DNA of 64,000 nucleotides from Vicugna vicugna (taxonomy: Eukaryota). The notes below the pieces were generated by a model. That model did not search any database. It was not told the DNA's origin and saw nothing but the letters and a program-made list of their open reading frames with translations. This document shows positions 11,521-24,844 of the stretch, one piece after another. The stretch is taken from NCBI GenBank assembly GCA_013265495.1, contig MU058718.1, positions 4,784,404 to 4,848,403 of the forward strand, written 5' to 3'. A program made the position numbers and the translations under genes. Numbering within the stretch: the first letter of the stretch is position 1; the number at the start of each line of letters is the position of its first letter.

Positions 11521-14099
11521 TATGTATGAGTAAATCTGTGTGTGATTGTGTGTGTTTATGATTGTGTGTGTATGCGCATGTAGATTTCAGATTTTAAAAA
11601 AATCTGTCAACAAGTAAGTTGAAGATTTACCTATTATGGAGTAGTCTGAAGTTTGTCAATACCATGAATTCAATAGGTTTTTGGCTTTTAAGCCATGTGG
11701 TGTATATTGAATCTCTTGCCATCAAAGAAATATTATGTTGAATTAGCAAGAAGTCCAAAAGTTTTACTGAAACAACAGCTATGTTAAGTATTTTTTTGAT
11801 ATTTATTTTATTACCATGGTTGACAATGTTAAGTAACATGTATCTTTCTCTAATATTACATTATTTAGAATTTTTGGTTTTCTTGCATCGTTCCCATTGG
11901 TGTTGGTTTTGCTGTTGCTGTTCGAAGTATCTTTGCTTCATTTAAATAATAATGATAGTAATGATGATGAGCTAGGTTCTTGATTAAAAGTTTTCTTAAA
12001 TAATACATTCTAAATTTGGGGCCTTGAGCCTTTATAAACTTCGTAAGAGGTAATTATTCTTCACAATTTTTAGGAAGATTTAATTTTGTAGGAGCGTCTC
12101 AGTATAATACCTGTAGTCTCAGTATAATACAAGAACTGTTGCACTTCACTGGGGAAAATATCAAAATTAAGCAGATTTATTGTTCTTTGTAGGCAGACTA
12201 GGTAATTCTCTAAACTATGGCAGCCCTGTTTTCATCTTTTACATCTGTCCAGGAGGAATATAAGTGTGAAGGTAACCTGAACAACATTCAGTGGGTTTCA
12301 TTTTCAAAAAATGTGTACTTGGGGGTCTGGGAAGTTTCAGACACTTCAAGTATAGCATGTTTGGCATCGGCTATTCCTTGGTATCTTTCCCTGTCAAGGC
12401 CATCTTGTCTTGGCTATGCCTATTTAGTCACTGTGTTTACTAGGACAGATTAAATATTTGCATGCATAATTGTTCCACTTTTATGAAAAGACTATAAACG
12501 ATTATATGTGTATTGTTTTATTGTTTTTTTCTTTTTAATCATCACAGTTTCTCCTCGTGTTCTTCATAGGTTTCTGCCAAGTGGAAAAATATGACAAAGA
12601 ATCTAGATCCAATGCTACATTTTTTTTTTTGAAATTTTGTGTTTGTTTACAGAGGAAAAGCAATAACAAGTAATTGTGTATTAAGGTGTTGTTCCTGTTT
12701 ACTGAGTAGAAGATGATTTCCTGCCAGACCTGGTTGAATTGGGGTGGAGGTGGTGGGGATGATGGAGGAAAATAATTCCATCTAAAACAGAGTTGTCCTC
12801 CTTGTATGGACTCGGTTGACCTGATTAATTAGCTTTTAAATTTAAAATTTTCTCAGTTAAACATTTTTATTTCTCTTACTAGGTATTTTTTGAGCACCTT
12901 CCCTATTCAGTGCGTTTTCAGCTAAGCAGTGCAATTCTTTTCTTTTAAAAACCTAGCCAAGTTTTGCCAAGCTCTCTTTATTCAACAAAGGAAAAAAAAT
13001 CCAAGCTTTCTTTGCTGCAGTGATACAGATTTGTGTTCGGTATTTCAAATCCAACCCGTGAATAAGATAATTTTTCTTTTCCAACAGATCACTGTCAAAA
13101 TACAATTTTTTGGGCTGTTATGTAATATCTTGCTAGAGAGATATTAATTCACTATTTCTAGATTAGTAAAGATCAATCTAGGATATTAATAAAAGGTCAC
13201 CAAATGGCCTGAAAGGGAGAAAAAAAATCACCTCTAAAAAAGGATAGTTCTTGTTTCAATAAAATGTTAGAACCGTTGGCTTTCTCTTCCATGTTCTAGC
13301 TCCCCCTTTGATTCTCGTTGGGCTAGTAAAGTGCTGTGATTTGAGACTGGACGTTTTTCAGCTGATGATGGGACACCATTTTAATATTAGGAATCCTGCC
13401 TTCTCTTTTTCTTTGTTATGATGTTGATGCTTGATTTGTTTTTTCTAAACTATTTTGTAATATTGGAAATACAAAGTTGACACCCATTAATGACAATACA
13501 GCAGTGATTTTGGTGTTAGTTTGATATCTGATAGAATCTGACAGGGATGCTTTTATTCTGTGAATTATAAAGGTTATGTAATCTTCCTAGAAATGATGAG
13601 TTTTATCAAATCATGAAAATGAGCTTATACAATCAGAGGCATGGAGTTTGTGGCTTTTTTGGTCTCTGGTGTCTCTTACTGGCTCAGTCTCACAGAAGCC
13701 AGGGTGTCTTACTTGTGCTGCCATTTCTACACTAAATGTAACTTGTGAATACCAGTAAAAGGAGCATTTTTTTCATATGGCAGAGAATGTTCTTTTTATG
13801 ATAGTTTGTAGAAGGAAAATAGGTTTAAAGTCCAAAGCACTTCTGTTTTTTTTTTCCCTAATAATGGAATGAGATGGGAGTTGATAATATTAACATTCCC
13901 CCCTTAAAAGGGAAAGTAATATTTCCTTTCCATGTGTTACCCCATGAATAGTTTTCACATACCCTGTCCTCCCACGGTATTTTCTGTATTTTCTTTGTTT
14001 GAGGGGAGTATCTTTAGCAGTTTCTTTGATTAAAGTGGGAAACATTCTCGGCAGCCTTCACAATGCTGTGCAGGTTCTCAGCTCAGCACTGGCTCACAC

Positions 14100-14420
14100 G
14101 TACCTTTTCCTGTGAGGCAGTCCCTAACGTCCCCATACCGGACAGCACACTCAGCAAGCGACGGGCTTTCAGACCTCCTCCTCCAACTTGTCTGACTCAG
14201 CCCACGTGGAAGTACCCCTTCCCCTCGTGTTAACTCTCATCTACCTCGAAAGAAGCCAGTCACTTGGCTCTTTCTCTTGTTCTTCCGTGTTTATGTGTTT
14301 TGACTTTCTGACTGCTGTGTAAACTCTGTGGGAGTAGAAGCCATGTTTTATAAGTCTCCTATAACCCCGTGATGCTGGGAACAGAGTGACGACTCAGGAA
14401 ATTATCTTGATTGATTGGAA
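14100..14420 (+). mobile_element. Degenerate L2 3' end
   Basis: TGTAAACTCTGTGGGAGTAGAAGCCATGT...CTGGGAACAGAGT...CTCAGGAAATTATCTTGATTGATTGG. Confidence 0.5.
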
Positions 14421-14478
14421 GTGACATCCTGGACCCCAGTATGAGCAGGGGTATTAGGTCTCATGTGTCTTTGGCTCT

Positions 14479-14811
14479 TGTCTTAGTCAGCTTAGACCGG
14501 CTGGCTTAGCAACAACTGAAATTTGTTTCTCACAGTTTTGGAGGCTGAGAAGTGCAAGATCAAGGTGCTGGTGTGTTTAATGTCTGGTGAGAACCTGCTT
14601 CCTGGTTTTGTAGATTCATCTTTCTGCTGTGTCCTCACCTGGTGGAAGGGACAGGATCGCTCTGAAGTCTCTAAGGCCGCTAATCCCATTCATGAGGGCT
14701 CCACCTCATGACCTGATCACCTCGTAAAGGCCCTACCTTCAAATACCATCATACTGGGAATTAGGTTCCAGCATACAAACTTCAGGGGGATACAAACATT
14801 CAGTCTTTGAC
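14479..14811 (-). mobile_element. MaLR solo LTR, MLT1A0-like
   Basis: TGTCTTAGTC...TTTCTCACAGTTTTGGAGGCTGAGAAGTGCAAGATCAAGGTGCTGG...CTAATCCCATTCATGAGGGCTCCACCTCATGACC...ACAAACATTCAGTC. Confidence 0.88.
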
Positions 14812-16394
14812 AGCTTCCTTTCTGGAAAGACTCAGTGCCTCTATGCTGAGGGAGCTTAAAATGTATTAATTGAATAAATGAATGAGATTGTGAATGGGAT
14901 GTAATGGGTCTTTGCTCATTGAATTAGGTGAGACAATCTCTTAAAGCCACAGAAATGGCGTAAAACTTGGCTGAAAGGGAGTGAGGCTTGCAGATGGCCG
15001 TGCCAAGTGTGGTGGCAGCCAGTGGTACAGGGCACTGGAAACTGGGAAAAATGGGGAGACGGTAACAAGTTTCTGCTTGAAGTGATAAGATAACTTGCTT
15101 GGACCCACGCTCTATGGGGAATAAAAGCTCCGATTAAGAATCTCGGCTTCCTACTCCCATTCCCGAAGCCTGGCCATTTTTAATTTTTTTAAATCACGTT
15201 GTAAGAGTCTGACCTTTTTGAGTGAAAACAAACCTTTGTACATATTCTTGGAGAAAGTGATGGAGAGAAAAACTGAACAAATGAACCTAAAGCTACCGAC
15301 CCAGGAGCAGCTTCCAACAGAGGCGGTGCTGCTTTGACAGGTTGTTTGTGACGGAGAGCAGCTTTCTTTGAAATATGAGCTGAAGGTGCACTTTTACGTG
15401 CGCTTTCAAATCGCGTTCCTTGCTAGGTGAGCTGTGTTGCCCGCTTGGAGCACGTTTTCCTGCAAGGTTGTCTTAGCATCAAACTGTCACTATCAGAGGC
15501 TTTTTTGACTCCACAAGTGGGGTGGTGAGTGCAGCGTCAGTGGTGAGCCCTTACATCGGGGTTCTTTGAGCCAGTGTCTCTGTAAACGTTTCTCAATATT
15601 CTTTTGTTTCTGCAGCAGTTTACGTGTCATCTCATCACCACTGACTTCAGTAGGGATGGGATTTTCCTGTAAGCTTTGGTGTGTTTTGCTTGTGAAAAAT
15701 ACATTTTAGAGAATAGAGCTGAGGTACCGTGGCCTAGAGATCAAGGTACAGACGCCCTGGTGTTGACTCTGGCCTAGCGGAGATTTGTTATGGGCTCTGT
15801 TAGCAGAACTTGAATTGCTTGGGGAAAAACTGAGAATTTTCTTTCGTGGAAAGAAGCACCTGGGAACACTCAGATGCTCTCCTGACTTGGGGAAGAATCT
15901 GAGGCCCTAAAAAAAATTCCCAAGAGCTGGCATCTATTTGATCTATTGTTAAAATTATGCTGAGAGATTTTGGAGAAAGGTAACATGGAGGAACTATGTA
16001 AACATAATGCCTTAAAATAAGATTGAGAGTTCTAAACTTGTAAAAGTATACATTTTTCCTTTTCCCATCTGTATATTAATCTTTTAATGAATTACTATCT
16101 GTGGATTAATCTTTTGCATTTTTTCTTAGTTGGAGGGGAAAAGATCTTTCCACCTTTTCAAGGATAGTTTCTCCATTTTTGTCCATGATCTCATTTATTT
16201 GGACTATTTTCAGGCTAGTAAAATACATTTCTCTCCCCTTTTTTCATTTGCATGTTTGATCCCTATGTCTCCAGTGGCTCCTTTGCCATTTATCTACAAT
16301 AAATTAAGATTTTCTCATCATCCTAGAATCCCCTTCTTTTAACCTTGCCTTCCTTTTGGCCTACTGTTATATTTCTGTTCTTATCATTAATTGT

Positions 16395-16760
16395 CCTATT
16401 CAATTTGCCTTTACGAGTTAGGCATTATGTTGGGTACTGGGGATGCAGAGGTGAATTAACACAGAGTATCTGCTTTCAAGTAGCTGATTGTCTAGTGGAA
16501 GGTGCAAACAAAGCAGCCAATGCAGTAGATTATGATAAATACAAAACCAAGGTAGGTATAGGAGTCTAGAAGGATACAGAGCATTGGGCCATGTGACTCC
16601 ATCAAAATGACCAGGAAGCTTTCTCAGAGCAGGTGCTGCTCTAGTAAACTCATCAGGGACAAGTAGTAAAGGTAGCTTTACTACTGCACGGACAGAGGCA
16701 TAGAGACACAGGAGAATAACTGCTTGATTTGGCTGAAGAGTAGGAACTTTGGAAGGCACA
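16395..16760 (-). mobile_element. L2 fragment
   Basis: AGGCATTATGTTGGGTACTGGGGATGCAGAGGTGAAT...TCTAGTGG. Confidence 0.6.
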
Positions 16761-16800
16761 CTGAGACAATGATTCTATTAACTATGATGGAAATTAGGCA

Positions 16801-16890
16801 GAGGTCCTGGGTTCAATCCCCAGCACCGCCATTAAACAAACAAACAAACCTACCTAGTTACCTCCCCCAAGCCAGGGGGGAAAAAGAAAA
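16801..16890 (+). mobile_element. 5'-truncated camelid vic-1-type SINE
   Basis: GAGGTCCTGGGTTCAATCCCCAGCACC (B box), then (AAAC)n CCTA..TTACCTCCCCC and an A-rich tail. Confidence 0.85.
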
Positions 16891-17030
16891 TAAGGAGGGA
16901 GGTGCCAGCAGATTTGGGATGAGAAAAGAATCTACTTCAGTTTTGGCCGTGCTGAGCTTGAGTGGAGGGGCATGGTACCAGTGGTGCATAGGGCCCAGTT
17001 TGTGAATGACCCCATATGCCATACAAAGGA

Positions 17031-17306
17031 GTGTTAGTTTTTCTATTGTTTCGTAACAAATTAGTACAGACTTAGTGGCTTAAAATAACATTTATTATCC
17101 AACAGTCAGATGTCCAAAATGGGTCCCATGAGGCTGAAATTAAGGTGTTGGAAGAACCATGTTCCTTCTGGAGGCTTTAGAGGAGAATCCATTCCCTGCC
17201 TTTTTCAGCTTCCAGAGCTGCCTGCACTCCATGGCTCATGCCTACATCACAAGTTCTGGAATTAGGGCATGGACATTTTTGGAGGGTCATTATTTTGCTT
17301 ACCACA
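17031..17306 (-). mobile_element. MLT1C/D-like LTR with internal deletion
   Basis: GTAACAAATT...ACTTAGTGGCTTAAAATAACA; TCCTTCTGGAGGCTTTAGAGGAGAATCCATTCCCTGCC; terminal GGTCATTATTTTGCTTACCACA. Confidence 0.8.
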
Positions 17307-18658
17307 TAAGGTGTTTGAATTCATCTTAAAGGCAAGGGGTAGCTATTGACACACATCCATCCAAAGAATGTGGTGATGTTTTAGAGATTTATGCCTCAGA
17401 AGGATCACTTTCTTGGAAATGTAGTTATTTGAGGCAGGGTGGGAAAGGGTACTGAAATTGTCTGTGCAAGACCTATGGGATCCTGAAACACTTGATAGTA
17501 ATGAAGAGCATAACAGAAGGTATACAGAAATTTTTAAAAAATGAAAAAACATTTCCCCTCTCTTCCCTGTCTCCAGCAGAGGTCACAGTGTTTGGCTCCG
17601 GGCATAGCCTTGTTTTGTTTTTTTTTAAAATTACTTTTTATTGATGAGTAATACTTTCATTGTATGGATAGCCTTGGTGATTAGGGAAAGGTATTGTGTG
17701 ATCTGAGGGATCCCCTTGGCCTGTGCTTTTGATAATATCTGAAAAATTAACCCTGGAGATTCACTGTATTATGGAAGCCATCAGGTAAAAAATTGTTGAC
17801 TGATTTATCTGCCCTGGAATATTCAGATGTGAATGTTCCCTCCACCCCGTGTTGTAGGCATTTTAATTGAATCTGAGATGACTTTCTCAGGATGATGTTC
17901 TGTGATAAGATGTGATGGGACCATGTTTCATTGGTGCTGTAGAACTTGGCTAATAGTGGGTGGCTAGGGAATCCAGGAATATAAACTACATATTAATTAA
18001 AAATTTTGTTGATGATACAGATATTTATTGACACCTCCCCTGGGCCCAGCACTGTGCTGTGTGCGGGGATAGAGCCAGCCCCCACTGTGGATGAGCTGAC
18101 ATGACAAAAGGAGTGTGTCGGGCTCTAAAATAAACCCATTGCCTTGGGAGTTTTGTCTCAGGCTAGCTTGGTCTTCTCCAATACAGTATTTATCACCAGC
18201 AGATAAAGTTCAAGACAAGATTTTTCCAGAAAGAGATGACATGTGGTAATCTGAAAGCATCTTGCAGCTTTGCTTCCCTTCTTTTATTGGACTTTCAGTT
18301 CTGATACAGCCTATGAGACCGGAAGAGAAAGAGGCCAGGGAAAACGAGAGCTCCCTCCATCAACAGGTCTGGAAAGGACCTGGTTCATCAGTGATGAGTT
18401 TGCAACTTAGGCTACAATGAAGTTTTAGAATTATCTGTGATTAGGGTTTTCTGTGTTCTCATCCATTATGCTTCCTGTAAATACAGTGTGTGACACCTAC
18501 TAAGCATTAATTAAATGTTAACTGATTTACAGTTGAGTTAAGTATCATTTCTCCTGTATGGGCAGATAATAAATGCTTTTGCTTTCAAGTATACCTGAGT
18601 TTTTCAGTTCCACAGATTATGATACTTGAAGACCTACAATAATTAGAGTATTTAAAAA

Positions 18659-18660
18659 CA

Positions 18661-18696
<36 letters not shown>
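18659..18696. repeat. (CA)n microsatellite
   Basis: About 19 units with one TA interruption. Confidence 0.95.
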
Positions 18697-18698
<2 letters not shown>

Positions 18699-19369
18699 TG
18701 AAAGGAAAGATACATCCCTTATTTTAATGCTCCTAGACTGAGTGGGATAAAGATTGGGCTACAGAGGGTAACAGCTTACTAGTCTATGATGCTCGTTCAA
18801 GATTCTTCAAGAAGACTGACTTAGTTTCAGCAGGAGAATGCAGTAGGATTAAACTTTGGTTCTTTTCTGCTGGTACCTTTACAGATTACCTACTCAGAGT
18901 TTCTAACCATAGTCAACTGCCTCAATTCTCATTGAAAATATTTTCAACTCAGAGAACCGGGGAGGCGCAGTCTGCTTGAACACTTGGGAACAGAGTAGAT
19001 GTCAAATCTGGTTGATGAATTTGGCTGCTTCTGCACTGCTGAGTTGATGAATGGGAACTGCTGATAAATCCATACAAATGGGAACATACAAATGGAAGGC
19101 AGGGCAGTGATGAAAGACAACTGTTTTATTTTGCCTGGTGATTCCAAGTTGTCCTGTGTTGCTACACTCGTGGCCCTGCTCGGGGTATACACCTTCCTTT
19201 CTGTGTTGCTAATGGTCAGTTTCCTTTTGTGAGTGCTGGTTTCTCAAAGGATGTTCCAGGTGAGAATTTGGGGGTTAAGAAATTGCAACTCAGAGCTAGC
19301 CTTAACGTTTTTGGTTCACTTGCTGCTTACCCTTATAAGATGCTTTAAAAATAGTCCTTTAAAAATACT

Positions 19370-19550
19370 TTTTAAAAAAAACTGAAGTGTAGTCAGTTAC
19401 AATGTGTCACTTTCTGGTGTGCAGCATAATGTCCGGGTCATGCATGTGTATACATATATATGTATATACATTTTCACGTTCTTTTTCTTTAAAGATTATT
19501 ACAAGACATTGAATATAGTTCCCTGTGCTGTACAGAAGAAATCTGTTTTT
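19370..19550 (-). mobile_element. Camelid-type L1 3' end
   Basis: TGAAGTGTAGTCAGTTACAATGTGTCA..TTTCTGGTGT...TTGAATATAGTTCCCTGTGCTGTACAG. Confidence 0.88.
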
Positions 19551-21957
19551 CATCCATATGCACACATTTCTGATGAATAGGTGACCAGTTTAAAGAAAAA
19601 CCTGTATCCGCTGTGCTGACTGTAGAATGTTATTACTCTCTCACTTAACTCCATCAATAATGTTCATTAATAGAATTCTTATATTTTTGGTCTTTACTTT
19701 GACCAGGAATCTCTAGTTTCCTTGCTTTATGAATATATGAAATGCAATTGTAGAAAATGCTCTATTTCCCTTTTTTGAGAGAGCTGCCTTTCCGGAAAGC
19801 TTCCTTGAGTCTCCTATTTCGATAGCATTTTATATAGCACTAAGCTGCCTCTTAGGCCTGTCTTATTACCAGCCCTGAAGCTCACTAATAATTCATGCTC
19901 CAGCTCTGTGACTTGGTAACTTTAATTAGCTATTACTATTTGCCAGAAAAGATACTTTCATTTACGGGATCCCCCCCCTCCGCCATAGAACAAACTACTT
20001 AAGGAATACAGGCATTTAAAAATAAAATAATTTTATTTGAACTGCATTTTAGGCTCCAAACTTATTCTTTGTTGTATTTTTTAAATTTTTTTTAAGCTTG
20101 GAAGCTTATGCATAAAATATTTTTGTAGAATTGCATGTTTTTGTGCTTTTAATGCTTATAGTATTTTGGAAATGCTTTCACTTTGTCTTTTTGCAATATC
20201 CCATTTTCCATCGCCATATCTCATCTCAAATGGTTAGTTTTACATATATTCTTTTATAGACTGTACACTTGTGAGAATATAAAGAGCTGCTTATGTTTTT
20301 GTCTAGTATTTCATAAGCTTTTGTACTTAGTCTAAACACTTTTAAAGACTTAAAAAGACTACTTTTGCTGTCCTATTTTGACACTAGTCAACTTGAAGGA
20401 TATTGGACCTTCAATCAGGCAGAACTTGGCCCCAAGATGAGGACAGCCCATGCATTTCTCTGGAAGCACAGTTAGGGTTGCTCTGAGAAGGCTCTGCACA
20501 TCTTGATCTTTTTATCAGAAAGTATGGCTGTCCAATTATCCTAAAAGCTCTAATAAAAAAAAGTTTTAAAATTAAATTATTTTGAATTCAATTTGAATGC
20601 TTCAGAAATCCTCAGAAATGGGGAGAGCAAGGATGTTGCCAAATCTTTGGGCTTTGAGCCATTGGGTCTGACCAGTAGTCCTCTGAGCTAGAACTTTGAA
20701 AACAGATGGTGAGATGATTGTATGAGGTAACAAGTTCGTGATTAAATGTAGTACAAAAGAAAACCTTTAGAACTGAAGAAAATTTGAAAACTGTTTGAGT
20801 TTAATTTTCTTGGATAAATTAACTTTCATCTAAATAAACATCTCTACATAAACTTGAGAAAACCCAAGAACCCATTCAACAGATTTATTTTTATTTGCTT
20901 ATAGAACGACAGCATATGAATCAGCCTGGGAAAATATTCCAACTAGGGCAAATCCTTAGACATTTGGAGATTTACACATACTTACCTTCTTATGAACTGT
21001 TGTATTCAGGCTGAAGACATCTTGGAGCGATTGCCCCAATCTCTTTTGATGTTTACAGCTATTTTATTAAATAATCTCTCTTCTGCTGTTAATTTCACAA
21101 TATGCAGAAATCTGTACATTGTCAGTTCTGAGCTGCTTTTGCTGCTATTTTAATTATTTACAATAAAAATTATTTCTGTTAGGCAAGTAGTTTTATTTAT
21201 TAATTGATCATCTAATTTCAAATTAGGTATGACTATGTGTGTCTGGTTTACCACCATGACGTTGTATGTGGTTTAAGTGATTATGGAAAGGACGGTGCTA
21301 AGTCTACCGAGTCCCCATGAGGGCATTGACCATACTGGAGAAAGAGTTGTTCCTTTCTCTGACTACATTTCTGCCTCTGCTACAAATAACCTTCAAGTCT
21401 TCTGGGATCCTGGTTTGGTTTTTGGCCACTTGCTAATTGGCGTTCAAATTACAATTTCACAAATTATAAACAGAGTGTTAGGTCTCAGGGTATAAAGCCC
21501 ATTTTTTTTCCTTATGCAAAAATTAATTTATTTCTGTGAAAAAGGTGACATTATCTTTCACACTGATTTTAGCTTCTTGGGATAAATGACACTGGAAGAA
21601 AGTCTGTTTCCTCATTATGCTACAGCACCCCTCCATTCAAAACCCGGGGCCATATTACGTTTTATACTCCTTTTGCTGCTTTGCCTTGTTAAGGTTTCTG
21701 TGAAATGATTTTGAGAGCTGACTGCATTTCAGAGCATGTTTTAAGTGGAAATATGGGTCCTCCAGGGAATTTATGTTATCTTGGAGGTGCTTTAGAAGAG
21801 GGGAGAGAAGCAAAGATAAAGTGAGGAGAAAGCAGGTAGAAGGGATCTTTCACATTTAGGTGTGTGTAGGGAAAGCCATATTAATTGATGGAGGTTTATT
21901 TTATGGGAACTCTAAATGGTTGCTCTTAAATTGTAGCTTTACATTTTCATCTACTAT

Positions 21958-22025
21958 TTTTCTCTCTTTTTTTTTCTTTTTTATTGTAGTATAGTCAGCT
22001 TACAGTGTTCTGTCAATTTCTGGTG
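21958..22025 (-). mobile_element. Very short camelid-type L1 3' end with TSD
   Basis: T-rich tail plus ATTGTAGTATAGTCAGCTTACAGTGTTCTGTCAATTTCTGGTG; TSD TTCATCTACTAT (21946-21957) / TTCATCTACCAT (22026-22037). Confidence 0.8.
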
Positions 22026-22037
22026 TTCATCTACCAT

Positions 22038-22545
22038 CTTAATCAGAATTCTTTTGGTTGCAAGTGACAGAATATCCAACCCAAACTGGCTTGAGTTGTT
22101 TAAACAATGGAGTTTATTTGCACATATGAGTGAGGTGTGATAGTCCCAAGTGTGCCTTGATTCATGGCTATAACCATGTTACCCCAAACTGAATTCTGTT
22201 ATCCATTGTTGGCTTTGGGGACCTCACACAGTTATGAGGTGCCTGTCAGCAATTCAGAGATTTAGATCCAGGGTGAAGAAGCAAAGCTCCTTGTCTCAGT
22301 GTTCCCAGGAAATGTCCTGAGAGTCACCAGGACTCGACTGGATTGAGTTACCTGTCTACCCTACACCAGTAGTTGTGGCCAGGGAAGGTCTGACTCTGGC
22401 TGAAGGAGCTACAACCCCAGAACTGCAGAGGGGGCCTGTTCTAGATCACACTATTTGAGAGTAGGAGAAGCAGATCTCCAAATAAAAACTGAGGCAGTTG
22501 CTAGAGTGGGGAGAAGGAATTTAGGGAGGCAAAGGTGAATGTCTA
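22038..22545 (-). mobile_element. Old MaLR LTR (MLT1J/K-like)
   Basis: TCAGAATTCTTTTGGTTGCAAGTGACAGAA..CCAACCCAAACTGGCTT; CCAGTAGTTGTGGCCAGGG. Confidence 0.7.
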
Positions 22546-23247
22546 GTACGCATACCATACGGATCCCACCTTGGAGTGGATGTACTCTATAGATGTTATG
22601 TTGTGTGTTCATTCCCAGGACTTTGTAGAACTGAAACCTGAATACCAGCTGAAGTATAATCATCAGTAGGAGGGATCTGTTTTATTTATTATATACTCTC
22701 AGGCCCCCAAAGAGCAAGGATTAATCCTGGTTACAACTTTTAACCTTTAATTATTGAATCAAGTAAGAAAGTGACTATTTCCAGCATCCAAGTATTTTAT
22801 ATTAAACATACCTGTAAGACTTGAAGATGCTTTGAAGTTTAAAACCATGTGTGTAGCCTTTTAGAATCAGATAAATTCTGTCAGCTCTCTCTCCAGAAAA
22901 AAAAATACATGGGCACATAAGCACAAAATATGGTATGTAATTTGGGTGTTTAGCAATACCAGCTGAAGGTGGATAAAATCCCACTACTTACCCAAAGCTT
23001 GAACACCTATGACACCCTAGCAAAATATTGTCCTGTCTAAACTTGACATCTCCAGGGCATGACCCAACTTTGGCCCTAGACACCCGGGGCACGATGGCTG
23101 TCTCAGTCTGCTAATCACCTCAGGGGCTTCCTTAAGGCTTCTCTTTCATTTAAACCTAGGCTTTTACTTATTTTCCTTCATCTGAGCAAGGATTGTCTCC
23201 CCTGTGCCTGTGACTGGACGTCCTCTCCATCCATGATGGAGAACTCA

Positions 23248-23266
23248 TGGCCACTAGAGGGCGCCA
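23248..23266 (+). promoter_or_regulatory. Near-consensus CTCF-binding motif
   Basis: TGGCCACTAGAGGGCGCCA matches the CTCF core CCASYAGRKGGCRS, lies in non-repeat DNA and retains its CpG. Confidence 0.75.
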
Positions 23267-24844
23267 ACACCGTCTTTGGGCTGCTCCGGCAGTTCCATGG
23301 AACCCAAACCTGTCCTTTTGTAGCTTCTGTCCTTTTGTGTTGTCCTGCCTCTTGAGGACATGTGGCGTAAGCTCCAGATTACAGACCAGTGCCGGGTGGG
23401 GGACACATTTACTCTGTGTTCTTCTGGCAGCTTCACCTCCAGCAGTAAGCAGGGGCCCCACCCAAATCACACCTGAGTTATCCCACCCAGTGATCTTTCT
23501 GATGAAAATACTCAAGTCACTGGGACAGGAGAAACATTCCGTTTTTTAGCTGTTGCATCGGCAGTTCCCTTTTCTGTCCACTCAAACCAATAATTCTGGA
23601 ATGGGAGCTCAGTTCGAAGTCTCTTAATTACTGGTAATCTACCTGCAAGTTGCACTGGTGGGTATAGGAAGCTGGTGCTGTAATCTCATGGGGTCAGTGT
23701 GCCAAGTTTGCTTGATGTCATGAGGTTTCCTTTTCACTTTAAAGGGCAGATCACATAGACTTTCCAGCAGGCACTCTTCTCTTGTAAGCCCTCATCTGCT
23801 CTGCAATCAGTAGATAAGTGGAGGGCTACGGGTGCTGCCAGCATTACCACAGTCTCTTGCTCTTCATTTCCCAGAAGGATTGTCTCTGTGCCAGTGAGAT
23901 GAGCTTTTTTGGAGAATCTAAAATGTGGAGCCGCTGAGCCACACAGGCAGGGAAGCCAGTGACGGTAGCTTTTCAAGTTGTCCTCTAAATTGGGCAGGAG
24001 GGATCGATCTGGGGAAGCTGATGCCAGAGTATGACTTGGACATTCCTTTCTGTCTGTGGTCAGCACAGGATTTCCACTTTGGACTGGAGCCAGCCCGCTG
24101 TAGGAGTTCTTTGAGTGTCTAAGCAGGATTGACATGGTGCAGACATGGCCACCCAGAGGCTTGTTTGCTCCCAATGCCAGTCTGTGTTTCTAAAATCCCC
24201 ACCAGGTGCCAACATCACAGAGGAAGAGGTGTGAACTGGGAAGCCACTCTAGGGAGTTAGAAGTGAAGCTGGATGAGATTGGCTCAGAGCAGACTCCATA
24301 GGAAATGAGGGAAGAGAGATAACACTGCAGGGAGAAATTCAAAGGCAGTCATGAAATACTGGATACTAACCAGGTGATGCCCAAATACAGAAGATGTTAA
24401 TGCTGAACGGCTGAATGGGAGAAAGTGGCACGACACTAACTTGATGGAGCACTTTGTAGCAACCTCGCCTGAACAGATGACACTTACGTAAATGTGGTCA
24501 GTTTTAGGTCAGGCAAGGTATGAATGTTTTCTCAGGTCCTACCTACACTCTGATTTTTGCCTCACATAAAAGTAGGACAAATGTTAGAAGAAATCCTATC
24601 AGGGAGACTCTGGCTTACAGGGGGCCCCCTCAAAGGTGGCCAGGCAAGCGGGTTGCCAGGGAGAGTGGAGCAGACCTGTTGGCAGCCTGCCTCGTAGCAG
24701 CTCCTCTCCCATTCTTGGCCGGCAGCTGGGCTGGCCAAGCCTGCCCCGCTCCCCAAGCCAGTCCCGGGACCTAGGATACAAATGAGTAGCCTTCTCCATG
24801 TCCCCTCCTCCTGCCTCCTTCCCTTCCTTTATTTGTCCCTTCTG

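Noticed and set aside
23734..24174. 146-aa minus-strand ORF
   Set aside because: No recognisable homology and no clean acceptor/donor pair
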